A DNA stretch of 64,000 nucleotides from a phage: sequence record PV730300.1. The stretch is one strand, 5' to 3'. The notes below the pieces were generated by a model. It saw nothing but the letters and a program-made list of their open reading frames with translations, was not told the origin of the DNA and did not search any database. Shown here in pieces: positions 56,936 to 63,893 of the stretch (position 1 is its first letter; each line of letters begins with the position of its first letter). Both the position numbers and the translations under genes were made by a program.

Positions 56936-57188
56936 CTTGCCAGGATAAGACACCTAACCAAAAATGCATATCGCCCCGCGCCCCTGGTGGGATCTTGCTT
57001 TCCCCGCCGCCACTGCAAGCCCATAAATAACCATCAGCGAACGGATCAAAGTTTTCTATCTCTTCCACCTTATGATCGCCCAGGTTGAGAACGGTTTCAA
57101 CCTTTAAGCCCGTTGCGCTTGCTACCTGGTGCACCGTGCCGCCTTGCCAGCCCAATGAGTGCATAAGGTGTAATGTAGTATTTGTCAT
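56922..57188 (-). CDS. small hypothetical protein (88 aa), divergent from the early array
   Basis: Coherent GC-rich codon usage; upstream TTGCTG-17-TATCAT, then GCGCC...GGCGC hairpin and AAAGGG RBS, a diverged version of the early cassette. Confidence 0.4.
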   Translation of the reverse strand: MTNTTLHLMHSLGWQGGTVHQVASATGLKVETVLNLGDHKVEEIENFDPFADGYLWACSGGGESKIPPGARGDMHFWLGVLSWQENKK

Positions 57189-57296
57189 GGTATCGCCCTT
57201 TCTTTGTTGTGCGCCCTGGTTGGCGCGGTAGAAAGATGATAGCCGTTTCCTTTATATACAGCAAGCAAAAAAGAAAATAAAAAAGATTAAAAAATG

Positions 57297-57325
57297 GTTG
57301 ACGTTCCCCAGGGGGTAGCGTATTA
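57297..57325 (+). promoter_or_regulatory. sigma70-like promoter with about 135-nt leader for first early-array gene
   Basis: TTGACG, 17-nt spacer containing CCCCAGGGGG, TATTAT. Confidence 0.4.
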
Positions 57326-57461
57326 TTCATCTTGTCGAGGGGGGCGAGGCACAACGACAATAAACAAAAGGCGGGCGCGATGCAGGACGGGCAAAGGTGA
57401 GGATCTCCATAATCCACCGTCCACCAACAAAAAACATCATTCATAACCTGGAATTAAGATC

Positions 57462-57659
57462 ATGGCAACATTGCACATAGTAGCGAAAGCAGGACAAATC
57501 AGCGTAATTGTAAACGGTTTTACTGAATTCAGTCATCCCCAGGATGATCATGAAACGGTTTTATCTTTTATTGATTCCTTGTTAGAAATGGGAGTCATTA
57601 CAGAAGATCAGCACGCTACAAAATGCAAGCGCGTTAATCAAATTGCAGAAATAGAATAA
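57462..57659 (+). CDS. early small protein (65 aa)
   Basis: ORF ends 6 nt before the next cassette -35. Confidence 0.5.
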   Translation: MATLHIVAKAGQISVIVNGFTEFSHPQDDHETVLSFIDSLLEMGVITEDQHATKCKRVNQIAEIE

Positions 57660-57665
57660 AAAGTA

Positions 57666-57746
57666 TTGACAACGTTTTTTAATCTGATAAGATGTATCAC
57701 ATAGGGCGGGAAATGGTTTCCCGCCCACAATAGAAGAGAAATCATC
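57666..57746 (+). promoter_or_regulatory. early promoter-hairpin-RBS cassette 1
   Basis: TTGACA-16-TAAGAT, GTATCACAT, GGGCGGGAAA-tgg-TTTCCCGCCC hairpin, AGAAGAGAAATC, ATG. Confidence 0.65.
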
Positions 57747-57899
57747 ATGGCATCATATAGCGCAACAATGATCGTAGCTGGCATCACTGGTAAACCTATG
57801 AGCGGTGGCGGATCTTTCGCTAATATCAATATCGACGGACGTTTATCCCTGGACGCAGCGATCGCCATTGCACGGGATACATTCAAAAAAAGAATGTAA
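57747..57899 (+). CDS. early small protein (50 aa as written; probably continues to 58020 in the +1 frame)
   Basis: ATG defined by cassette 1; ends just after an A7 run (57885-57891); +1 frame stays open to 58020, immediately before the next cassette. Confidence 0.45.
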   Translation: MASYSATMIVAGITGKPMSGGGSFANINIDGRLSLDAAIAIARDTFKKRM

Positions 57900-58023
57900 A
57901 TTCAACAAACAAAATTATCTCGGTTTTGCTATTGAAAAAACCGCGCGTTTTGTGGATTATAAAAGCCCGAAAATGGTTGATACTACACTAAAAGCGCAAG
58001 ATGTAGCGTTTTTGCTTTAAGGC

Positions 58024-58096
58024 TTGACGCTAACGAATAATTTGTTAATATGTTACATAACGCGGGAATAGTTCCCGCTGTTTGTAAGGTGATACA
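58024..58096 (+). promoter_or_regulatory. early promoter-hairpin-RBS cassette 2 (diverged)
   Basis: TTGACG-16-TAATAT, GTTACATAA, GCGGGAA-tag-TTCCCGC hairpin, ATG. Confidence 0.55.
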
Positions 58097-58354
58097 ATGT
58101 TTTACATCAAATTAAAAGGTCACGTTATCGCGTTCAAGGATAAAGCTTTTTACCGGTTAGCTAAATATGCTTTGATCCATCCTCATTATGTTTACATAAG
58201 GGGGCGCGATGAGATAAATATCTTTGATCAAACAACATGCGAAAACATCGAGATCCGCAAGGTTGGCGTACGTGATTATCGTACATCTTTCTACCCTTGC
58301 AAGGATTCCGCAAGTCTTTTTAAGGTGTGCCGATTATTGAAAAAAGGTGGGTAA
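58097..58354 (+). CDS. early small protein (85 aa)
   Basis: ORF defined by cassette 2. Confidence 0.5.
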   Translation: MFYIKLKGHVIAFKDKAFYRLAKYALIHPHYVYIRGRDEINIFDQTTCENIEIRKVGVRDYRTSFYPCKDSASLFKVCRLLKKGG

Positions 58355-58355
58355 T

Positions 58356-58925
58356 ATGGGCCGCGAATATGTGATCCAAACCTGGGTAAAACATGAAGCA
58401 GATGATCCGCGCATCATTCCCGATCATCTTGTCGATGAATCCACGGGCTATAGCGGGGAGCAAATAGGCAACAGATTAGCACGCAGTAACGGCAACGTAA
58501 AAGCGCGCTATGTGCGCCCTGGTTGGCTGGCGAATGGTACCGCTGATTTATCCAGTGCGGAAGATACGAGCGACGGCGCGAAAGATAATCCCTTGTACAA
58601 AATTGATCCGGCTTTTCGTGTCCTGGATGAATATCCCAGCAAGATAGCGGCGCTCGATCAGGCCCTGGAAAGTAAGCGCATCACCTGGACCGCTTACAAC
58701 ATGGCAAAAAACGTACTTGATGGTAAGCTGATCCAGGCTGAAAGGAAATTAGCCAAAATTGCAGCCATAGCCCAGGAGGAAGACGAGGAAACAACGGAAG
58801 AGGAAGAGTACGAAGAGATCCCGCCGTTGTTGTGTGTTGATGCTTTTCCTGATTATCAACCGACAGAGGAAGAAAAAAGGATCGCCCTAGAAAACTTTGA
58901 AAATATTATTGACAACATTTTTTAA
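58356..58925 (+). CDS. early protein (189 aa), acidic C-terminal region
   Basis: ATG 2 nt after upstream stop with GGTGGG RBS; C-terminal codons (IIDNIF) are the -35 and spacer of the next cassette. Confidence 0.5.
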   Translation: MGREYVIQTWVKHEADDPRIIPDHLVDESTGYSGEQIGNRLARSNGNVKARYVRPGWLANGTADLSSAEDTSDGAKDNPLYKIDPAFRVLDEYPSKIAALDQALESKRITWTAYNMAKNVLDGKLIQAERKLAKIAAIAQEEDEETTEEEEYEEIPPLLCVDAFPDYQPTEEEKRIALENFENIIDNIF

Positions 58926-58991
58926 TCTGATAAGATGTATCACATAGGGCGGCGGAATGGTCCACCGCTCAAAACAGAAGAGAGAAAAATC
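58909..58991 (+). promoter_or_regulatory. early promoter-hairpin-RBS cassette 3
   Basis: TTGACA-16-TAAGAT, GTATCACAT, GGCGG...CCGC hairpin with AATGG loop, AACAGAAGAGAGAAAAATC, ATG. Confidence 0.65.
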
Positions 58992-59237
58992 ATGAAACAC
59001 TTATCATCTATCACCAACCACAATGAAATTTTCGTTAATGAAAAAGGTTTCGCCTGGATTCAGTTAAAAGAGATGAAAAATAACCGTCATGTAACGGTTG
59101 TTCGTAAAATTAAAAGCAAGCCTTTTAGTAACTTCTCGATTGATACCGTGCGGATCAAGAATGAAGAATACTTGATCGATAGTCAAATCACTTGGAGCTT
59201 AACGGCATCAGCCGCCGCGCCATATTTCGCAAACTAA
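58992..59237 (+). CDS. early small protein (81 aa)
   Basis: ATG set by cassette; track ORF starts upstream inside the promoter and is over-extended. Confidence 0.5.
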   Translation: MKHLSSITNHNEIFVNEKGFAWIQLKEMKNNRHVTVVRKIKSKPFSNFSIDTVRIKNEEYLIDSQITWSLTASAAAPYFAN

Positions 59238-59247
59238 GAAAAAACGT

Positions 59248-59327
59248 TTGACACTGTTTAAAGTTCTGTTATAGTTTATCACGTAGGGCGGCAATGGTGC
59301 CGCCAACAATGAAAAAAGGTTATCATC
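59248..59327 (+). promoter_or_regulatory. early promoter-hairpin-RBS cassette 4
   Basis: TTGACA-16-TATAGT, TTATCACGT, GGCGGCA-atgg-TGCCGCC hairpin, AAAAAAGG, ATG. Confidence 0.6.
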
Positions 59328-59693
59328 ATGGCTATTAATATCAATGTTTCCTCTTATGCTACCCTGGCTGACACGGCTAAAATCGAATTATCTAGCATTG
59401 AGGCGGTGCATATTAGCGCCCGCCGCTGGTTTCAAAAGTCTTATGGTAATACTTATTTCTCTTTGATGGTTGACGTTGAGATCGGCGGTAAACTGATCGA
59501 GGTGGTTAACGTTCCGTTTCAATATGGCTATGGTGATCATTTTGATACCGTTGCCCTGGAAGAGTTTAGCAAGGTTGTTAATATGGAAGGTAAAGAGTTT
59601 TCGCGCGGCGCGTATCTTTCCCGTTTTTGCCGTGACAATGGGATCACTGTATACAGTCATGCAAGCGATGTTAAACGTAAAAAAGATCTATAA
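59328..59693 (+). CDS. early protein (121 aa)
   Basis: ORF defined by cassette 4. Confidence 0.5.
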   Translation: MAININVSSYATLADTAKIELSSIEAVHISARRWFQKSYGNTYFSLMVDVEIGGKLIEVVNVPFQYGYGDHFDTVALEEFSKVVNMEGKEFSRGAYLSRFCRDNGITVYSHASDVKRKKDL

Positions 59694-59699
59694 AAAGCA

Positions 59700-59781
59700 T
59701 TGACAGCACGAATAAAAAGAGTAAACTGTATTACATCAAGGCGGCGGAATGGTCCACCGCCTAACAAAGAGAGAAATAAAA
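59700..59781 (+). promoter_or_regulatory. early promoter-hairpin-RBS cassette 5
   Basis: TTGACA-16-TAAACT, GTATTACAT, GGCGG...CCGCC hairpin with AATGG loop, AACAAAGAGAGAAATAAAA, ATG. Confidence 0.6.
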
Positions 59782-59964
59782 ATGGCTAAATGCACTATCT
59801 GCAAAAAAGAAATAGTATTAGTTCCAAGTGCAAGTGAACGCGCCGCGCGTTTCGGTGGGAAAGCGTCAGACTACACGAAAATGTTTACTACTCATGCAGA
59901 TTGCCAGGTGGCAAAACGTTCACAAGAAAGCATAGAATTAATGCGTAAACTTTCCAAAAAATAA
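59782..59964 (+). CDS. early small cysteine-containing protein (60 aa)
   Basis: CTIC...HADC; ATG set by cassette. Confidence 0.5.
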   Translation: MAKCTICKKEIVLVPSASERAARFGGKASDYTKMFTTHADCQVAKRSQESIELMRKLSKK

Positions 59965-59966
59965 TA

Positions 59967-60049
59967 TTGACAAAGTATCTTATTACTATATAATGTTTTA
60001 CATAGGGCGCGGGAATAGTTCCCGCCCCACTGAAAAAGAGAGAAAAATC
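59967..60049 (+). promoter_or_regulatory. early promoter-hairpin-RBS cassette 6
   Basis: TTGACA-16-TATAAT, GTTTTACAT, GCGGGAA-tag-TTCCCGC hairpin, AAAAAGAGAGAAAAATC, ATG. Confidence 0.65.
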
Positions 60050-60289
60050 ATGGCTAAATCTAAAATGTACAACGGTCACAAAAACAAAACTCATTGGAAT
60101 GTAAGCCTTTGGATTAATAACGATCCAGGTTTTTATAATATGGCAAAAGAATTTATAGCCGTGAACAACAATAAAGATAACGCCGCGCGTGAAATGATGT
60201 CACTACTTAACGAAATGGGCCAAAATACTACGCCAGATGGCTATAAATTCAGCAAAACCAGTATCCGCGCCGCTATGGTAGGAATGTAA
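60050..60289 (+). CDS. early small protein (79 aa)
   Basis: ATG set by cassette. Confidence 0.5.
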   Translation: MAKSKMYNGHKNKTHWNVSLWINNDPGFYNMAKEFIAVNNNKDNAAREMMSLLNEMGQNTTPDGYKFSKTSIRAAMVGM

Positions 60290-60298
60290 TAAAAGCAG

Positions 60299-60380
60299 TT
60301 GACAACGTTTTTTAATCTGGTAAAGTGTATCACATAGGGCGGGAAATGGTTTCCCGCCAAATGAAAGAAAGGTTATCATT
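60299..60380 (+). promoter_or_regulatory. early promoter-hairpin-RBS cassette 7
   Basis: TTGACA-16-TAAAGT, GTATCACAT, GGCGGGAAA-tgg-TTTCCCGCC hairpin, ATG. Confidence 0.65.
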
Positions 60381-60608
60381 ATGGCTATCGTTATTGTTCG
60401 CGTATCCGGCACGGTTGGAATCTCCCAGGTAGTAGCAGTTATCACCGAGAAGAAAGGGGATGATCTTCACTCCTCCTTGAATAGCTGGGCGGTCGCTAAC
60501 TTTGGGCAATGGTCGAGCGTTGAGTACATCGAATCCTACCAGGTGCCAACGATTAGCCTGACCGATCTCAACGTTGATCGTCTGTTATGCCTGGATGAAT
60601 TAATCTGA
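60381..60608 (+). CDS. early small protein (75 aa)
   Basis: ORF defined by cassette 7. Confidence 0.5.
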   Translation: MAIVIVRVSGTVGISQVVAVITEKKGDDLHSSLNSWAVANFGQWSSVEYIESYQVPTISLTDLNVDRLLCLDELI

Positions 60609-60617
60609 AAAAGATTG

Positions 60618-60698
60618 TTGACACGGGAAAGAAAAAGAGTAAACTGTATTACGTAGGGCGGCAATAGTGCCGCTCATAACAGAAGAGAGATTATCACG
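60618..60698 (+). promoter_or_regulatory. early promoter-hairpin-RBS cassette 8
   Basis: TTGACA-16-TAAACT, GTATTACGT, GGCGGCA-atag-TGCCGC hairpin, AACAGAAGAGAGA, ATG. Confidence 0.6.
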
Positions 60699-60914
60699 AT
60701 GGCTAATATCCGCACACTGTTAAAAAATGCAAAGCAAGTTTTATTTTCAGATGACGAATATTTCAATAAAGACATTACGGGCGTAAAAAATCTTAAAGAT
60801 GTGAAAGATGTGATAGGTATTCGCGGATCTTTACGTAAAGGTGACACATGCGGTAACAAGGTGCAATATAAATTAGATCAGTTTTATGATTTTACTTTGA
60901 CAATTATTTCATAA
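60699..60914 (+). CDS. early small protein (71 aa)
   Basis: ORF defined by cassette 8. Confidence 0.5.
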   Translation: MANIRTLLKNAKQVLFSDDEYFNKDITGVKNLKDVKDVIGIRGSLRKGDTCGNKVQYKLDQFYDFTLTIIS

Positions 60915-60920
60915 AACTAC

Positions 60921-61005
60921 TTGCAAACCTGGTAAAATAAAGTAAACTATATTCATCAAGGCGGTGGAATAGCCCACCGCCTAACAAAGAGAAGAGGAAA
61001 ATATC
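60921..61005 (+). promoter_or_regulatory. early promoter-hairpin-RBS cassette 9
   Basis: TTGCAA-16-TAAACT, TATATTCAT, GGCGGTGG...CCACCGCC hairpin, AACAAAGAGAAGAGGAAAA, ATG. Confidence 0.6.
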
Positions 61006-61176
61006 ATGATCACTTTCGCTACCCGTGAAGCCGCTCGCAACGTTGCACGTAAAGTTAACGCCGCCAACCTGGGCGCTACGCTTAAAGCACCGGTGAAAGA
61101 TGAATCAGGAAAATGGATCTTTCCTGGTCTGCATCACGCTGATAAGCTGGGAACATTAACGCTAAAAAATAAATAA
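61006..61176 (+). CDS. early small protein (56 aa), not in ORF track
   Basis: ATG set by cassette 9; ends 8 nt before the next -35. Confidence 0.45.
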   Translation: MITFATREAARNVARKVNAANLGATLKAPVKDESGKWIFPGLHHADKLGTLTLKNK

Positions 61177-61183
61177 TATCCGC

Positions 61184-61260
61184 TTGACAGTAGCATCATT
61201 TATAAGTAAAGTAACAACAACGGCGGGAAATGGTTTCCCGCTCAAAAAGAGAGAAAAACC
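61184..61260 (+). promoter_or_regulatory. early promoter-hairpin-RBS cassette 10
   Basis: TTGACA-17-TAAAGT, GGCGGGAAA-tgg-TTTCCCGC hairpin, AAAAAGAGAGAAAAACC, ATG. Confidence 0.6.
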
Positions 61261-61614
61261 ATGAAAGCACAAAATGCAATTAAAGAGTACATCCTTGCCG
61301 CTATTGATTATAGCGAGTATGGCATCACGGAAGAGAAAGAGAAGATCGCGGAATTGATGCGCTGTTTTAATTCCGAATACTGGTACCCTGATAATCAAAA
61401 ACGGTACGATCATAGTATTATTAAAGCAATAGCATCATGGTTACAAGGTTTGCCATCAAATATTAATATCGCTTTCGAGTATTGGGAAGTAGATCGGTTG
61501 TTAACATCCTGGGGATACATTACAGAGAATAGCAGAGACGATAAAATCCAACGAGAAAGGGAAAATTATTGGCTTTATATTGCAGGCGTGATCCTTGCTT
61601 GCTCTTATGAATGA
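61261..61614 (+). CDS. early protein (117 aa)
   Basis: ORF defined by cassette 10. Confidence 0.5.
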   Translation: MKAQNAIKEYILAAIDYSEYGITEEKEKIAELMRCFNSEYWYPDNQKRYDHSIIKAIASWLQGLPSNINIAFEYWEVDRLLTSWGYITENSRDDKIQRERENYWLYIAGVILACSYE

Positions 61615-61620
61615 TAAACC

Positions 61621-61693
61621 TTGACAATTTTACAAAACAGTTTAAATTAATAATATAGCGGCAATGGTGCCGCTCATATAAAGAGGAAACAAA
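61621..61693 (+). promoter_or_regulatory. early promoter-hairpin-RBS cassette 11
   Basis: TTGACA, AT-rich -10 region, GCGGCA-atgg-TGCCGC hairpin, AAAGAGGAAAC, ATG. Confidence 0.5.
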
Positions 61694-61840
61694 ATGAATA
61701 CATCTAATCGCGCAGAAAAAATCCAATCTTCCAAGATCCGCAAGGCCTGGAACGAGGAAGTGATCCGCAAAGGCGACAAGCGCAATAAAACAAAGCGCGG
61801 GAAGAGTGACAAATATAATTGGATGGATTTAGAGGATTAA
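61694..61840 (+). CDS. early small basic protein (48 aa), not in ORF track
   Basis: ATG set by cassette 11; followed by a terminator. Confidence 0.45.
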   Translation: MNTSNRAEKIQSSKIRKAWNEEVIRKGDKRNKTKRGKSDKYNWMDLED

Positions 61841-61847
61841 CATAACA

Positions 61848-61874
61848 AGGGCGCAAATAGCGCCCTTTCTTTTT
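61848..61874 (+). terminator. rho-independent terminator inside the early array
   Basis: AGGGCGC-aaata-GCGCCCT hairpin followed by TTCTTTTT. Confidence 0.65.
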
Positions 61875-61895
61875 ACATGCAGAGGATAAACAAAG

Positions 61896-62081
61896 ATGAC
61901 TTTAAACGAGCTTAAAACAGCCTACAACGCAACATTAAAAATAGCCGTGCATTACCGTGATGAATATGGTTTTATCACGCAGGGCGTGATCCTGGGCTTT
62001 TCTGACGATGGTTTGATCTATGTTGATGCACATTATAACAAGGTAAAACCTGAAAACGTCATTAGCATAAAATATCTTTAA
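61896..62081 (+). CDS. early small protein (61 aa)
   Basis: GAGGA RBS; the only array gene with a terminator rather than a cassette upstream. Confidence 0.45.
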   Translation: MTLNELKTAYNATLKIAVHYRDEYGFITQGVILGFSDDGLIYVDAHYNKVKPENVISIKYL

Positions 62082-62087
62082 AAGTGG

Positions 62088-62166
62088 TTGACACCATAAC
62101 CGGACCTGTTAAACTGTATTACATCAGGCGGGGAATAGTTCCCCACCATACAAAAAGGTAAATATT
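62088..62166 (+). promoter_or_regulatory. early promoter-hairpin-RBS cassette 12
   Basis: TTGACA-16-TAAACT, GTATTACAT, GGGGAA-tag-TTCCCC hairpin, AAAAAGG, ATG. Confidence 0.6.
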
Positions 62167-62373
62167 ATGATCACCGCAAAACAAGAGAAAATCATTATCG
62201 ACGTTGCAGCCGTTGCCGCTATTGCTATTATTGGATCTTATTATGATACCCGTTTCCCGTCGGCTATGCATGAGATCGCCGCCGTTGCATCAGTTGGCGT
62301 ACTGTTTTACGTTGGTAAACGCTATTTATCACCAATGATTAACAAGCTGACACCGTGGAAAAATAAAGGTTGA
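62167..62373 (+). CDS. early small membrane protein (68 aa)
   Basis: Hydrophobic helices (IIIDVAAVAAIAIIG, AAVASVGVLFYVG). Confidence 0.5.
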   Translation: MITAKQEKIIIDVAAVAAIAIIGSYYDTRFPSAMHEIAAVASVGVLFYVGKRYLSPMINKLTPWKNKG

Positions 62374-62445
62374 TCCTGTTTTATATTGTGTTATAGTTAT
62401 CGTGTAGGGCGGCAATGGTGCCGCGCCCCCTTTGAGGATGCAATC
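62370..62445 (+). promoter_or_regulatory. early promoter-hairpin-RBS cassette 13 (diverged -35)
   Basis: TTGATC-16-TATAGT, TATCGTGT, GGCGGCA-atgg-TGCCGC hairpin, ATG. Confidence 0.5.
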
Positions 62446-62730
62446 ATGAGTAAAGCTAACACCGTGCTAATGTTTTCCCTGATTAATGATCCCGCTTACT
62501 TGTCCAACATGACGCAGGAGGGTAACACATTAACGGCAACATTCACCAATAAGCTTGACCGAGTGATCATCATCTCACTGAAAACAGTTGGTAAAGGCTT
62601 TTACTCGTTAGCTTATCATTGGATCACTGATACCGATGAGACAAGCCAGGACTATAGCGCCCCATTCCCTGAATCAATGGCGCGGGAGATCATCGCCGCC
62701 GTTGTAAATGATGGTTTGTTTACTGCATAA
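62446..62730 (+). CDS. early protein (94 aa)
   Basis: ATG set by cassette; track ORF over-extended into the promoter. Confidence 0.5.
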   Translation: MSKANTVLMFSLINDPAYLSNMTQEGNTLTATFTNKLDRVIIISLKTVGKGFYSLAYHWITDTDETSQDYSAPFPESMAREIIAAVVNDGLFTA

Positions 62731-62745
62731 AAATTTAGAAAAGGC

Positions 62746-62825
62746 TTGCAATAATTTTGAGATAGTGTATATTTAATTCATAGGGCGGCGGGAATAGTTC
62801 CCAAAGCAAACGAGAGGATTACACG
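62746..62825 (+). promoter_or_regulatory. early promoter-hairpin-RBS cassette 14
   Basis: TTGCAA-16-TATATT, GGGAA-tag-TTCCC hairpin, AACGAGAGGATTACACG, ATG. Confidence 0.5.
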
Positions 62826-62945
62826 ATGAGCAAGTACACAGTAGAATACACGGTAGAAAATCCGGCAGTATCCGAAGGTAAAAAGATGACATTTGCCATC
62901 AGTATAATCGCTTTCGTTGTCACTATCTTATCAATCATCTTATAA
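62826..62945 (+). CDS. early small membrane protein (39 aa), not in ORF track
   Basis: ATG set by cassette 14; C-terminal hydrophobic helix FAISIIAFVVTILSIIL. Confidence 0.4.
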   Translation: MSKYTVEYTVENPAVSEGKKMTFAISIIAFVVTILSIIL

Positions 62946-62955
62946 GGTGCACACC

Positions 62956-63117
62956 ATGAAAACAACAAATATTATCAAAGAGATCGCCCTTGCCGCTGGC
63001 GTTGAGATCGAGGAAGTGATCGCGCTCAATCTTACAGAAAACGATCTGCGCAACTATGAAACGGAAAGCGTGAAAGCGAGCGGCGCGGTCCTGGCATATA
63101 ATCCGGCTAACAAGTAA
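62956..63117 (+). CDS. early small protein (53 aa, start at internal ATG)
   Basis: AAGGTG RBS before ATG at 62956. Confidence 0.4.
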   Translation: MKTTNIIKEIALAAGVEIEEVIALNLTENDLRNYETESVKASGAVLAYNPANK

Positions 63118-63126
63118 GGGCGCAAC

Positions 63127-63333
63127 ATGTTAAGCAATGCAGACAAGAAAAAGATCCAGGCACTGGTAAAGCGTCAACGGTTGGCAAAAAAGGCGGTAAA
63201 AGTTAGTTTGCAACGTGTAATAGACGGAATCATCACAGCAAGCGAACAAGCCGACAACATGCAATATAACAGCAAGCCGCTTAACCTGGTTTGCAGTAGT
63301 CCGGCAAGTAATATTATTTACGCGACACGTTAA
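63127..63333 (+). CDS. early small protein (68 aa)
   Basis: ORF coupled to upstream gene; ends 6 nt before the next -35. Confidence 0.45.
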   Translation: MLSNADKKKIQALVKRQRLAKKAVKVSLQRVIDGIITASEQADNMQYNSKPLNLVCSSPASNIIYATR

Positions 63334-63339
63334 AAAGTA

Positions 63340-63415
63340 TTGACAAGCTGAATCAACCTAATAAGATGTATCACATAGGGGCGACAAGCGCCCCGCCTAA
63401 CAGAGAGATAGAATC
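63340..63415 (+). promoter_or_regulatory. early promoter-hairpin-RBS cassette 15
   Basis: TTGACA-16-TAAGAT, GTATCACAT, GGGGCG-acaa-GCGCCCC hairpin, AACAGAGAGATAGAATC, ATG. Confidence 0.6.
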
Positions 63416-63694
63416 ATGACCATCGCCAAATTATCCGCCGAAGAAATCGAACAAGTGTTAACTACTAACCTGGAACAATGGAAACGTGAGGCAGATATAC
63501 AATCAGCACAACGGCTTAACGAGAAGTTAACACCGGATGATCTGAGTAAGATTATAGATCCTCAATTCTATGAAGATATTCACGACACCGTTTTAAGCGT
63601 CGAGGATGTACTTGATAAGCATTACATTGCTACTGATTTGCAGGTTTACGGGCGTAAAAACTTTATCACTATTCACGACATTTACAATAATTAA
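63416..63694 (+). CDS. early protein (92 aa)
   Basis: ORF defined by cassette 15. Confidence 0.5.
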   Translation: MTIAKLSAEEIEQVLTTNLEQWKREADIQSAQRLNEKLTPDDLSKIIDPQFYEDIHDTVLSVEDVLDKHYIATDLQVYGRKNFITIHDIYNN

Positions 63695-63704
63695 AGGCGC
63701 TAAC

Positions 63705-63815
63705 ATGAATCCGAAAGACATGCAAGCCTGGAAAGGGTATGATGATCTAAGCGCCTTGCGCAATAAGTCCAGCCGTAACCTTAGACGATTGAAAGCAAAG
63801 AAAAAGAAAAAATAG
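63705..63815 (+). CDS. early small basic protein (36 aa, start at internal ATG)
   Basis: ATG after AAAGG; Lys-rich C-terminus; ends 1 nt before the next -35. Confidence 0.35.
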   Translation: MNPKDMQAWKGYDDLSALRNKSSRNLRRLKAKKKKK

Positions 63816-63816
63816 T

Positions 63817-63893
63817 TTGACAAGTCCGCTTAATCTGGTAATATGTATCTTGTAGGGCGGCAATGGTGCCGCTCACAAGAAGAGAGAAAAATC
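63817..63893 (+). promoter_or_regulatory. early promoter-hairpin-RBS cassette 16
   Basis: TTGACA-16-TAATAT, GTATCTTGT, GGCGGCA-atgg-TGCCGC hairpin, AAGAAGAGAGAAAAATC, ATG. Confidence 0.6.

Noticed and set aside
56532-57444. Track ORFs 56532-56750(-), 56687-56887(+), 56767-57024(-) and 57097-57444(-)
   Set aside because: They overlap one another, the iteron/repeat region and promoter elements, lack ribosome-binding sites, and their translations are low-complexity; only 56922-57188(-) has coherent codon usage and signals.
57700-63880. Cassette hairpins as intrinsic terminators of the upstream genes
   Set aside because: They lie downstream of the -10 element and are followed by purine-rich RBS sequence rather than a U tract; the one true terminator in the array (61848-61874) has a different stem and a T-run.
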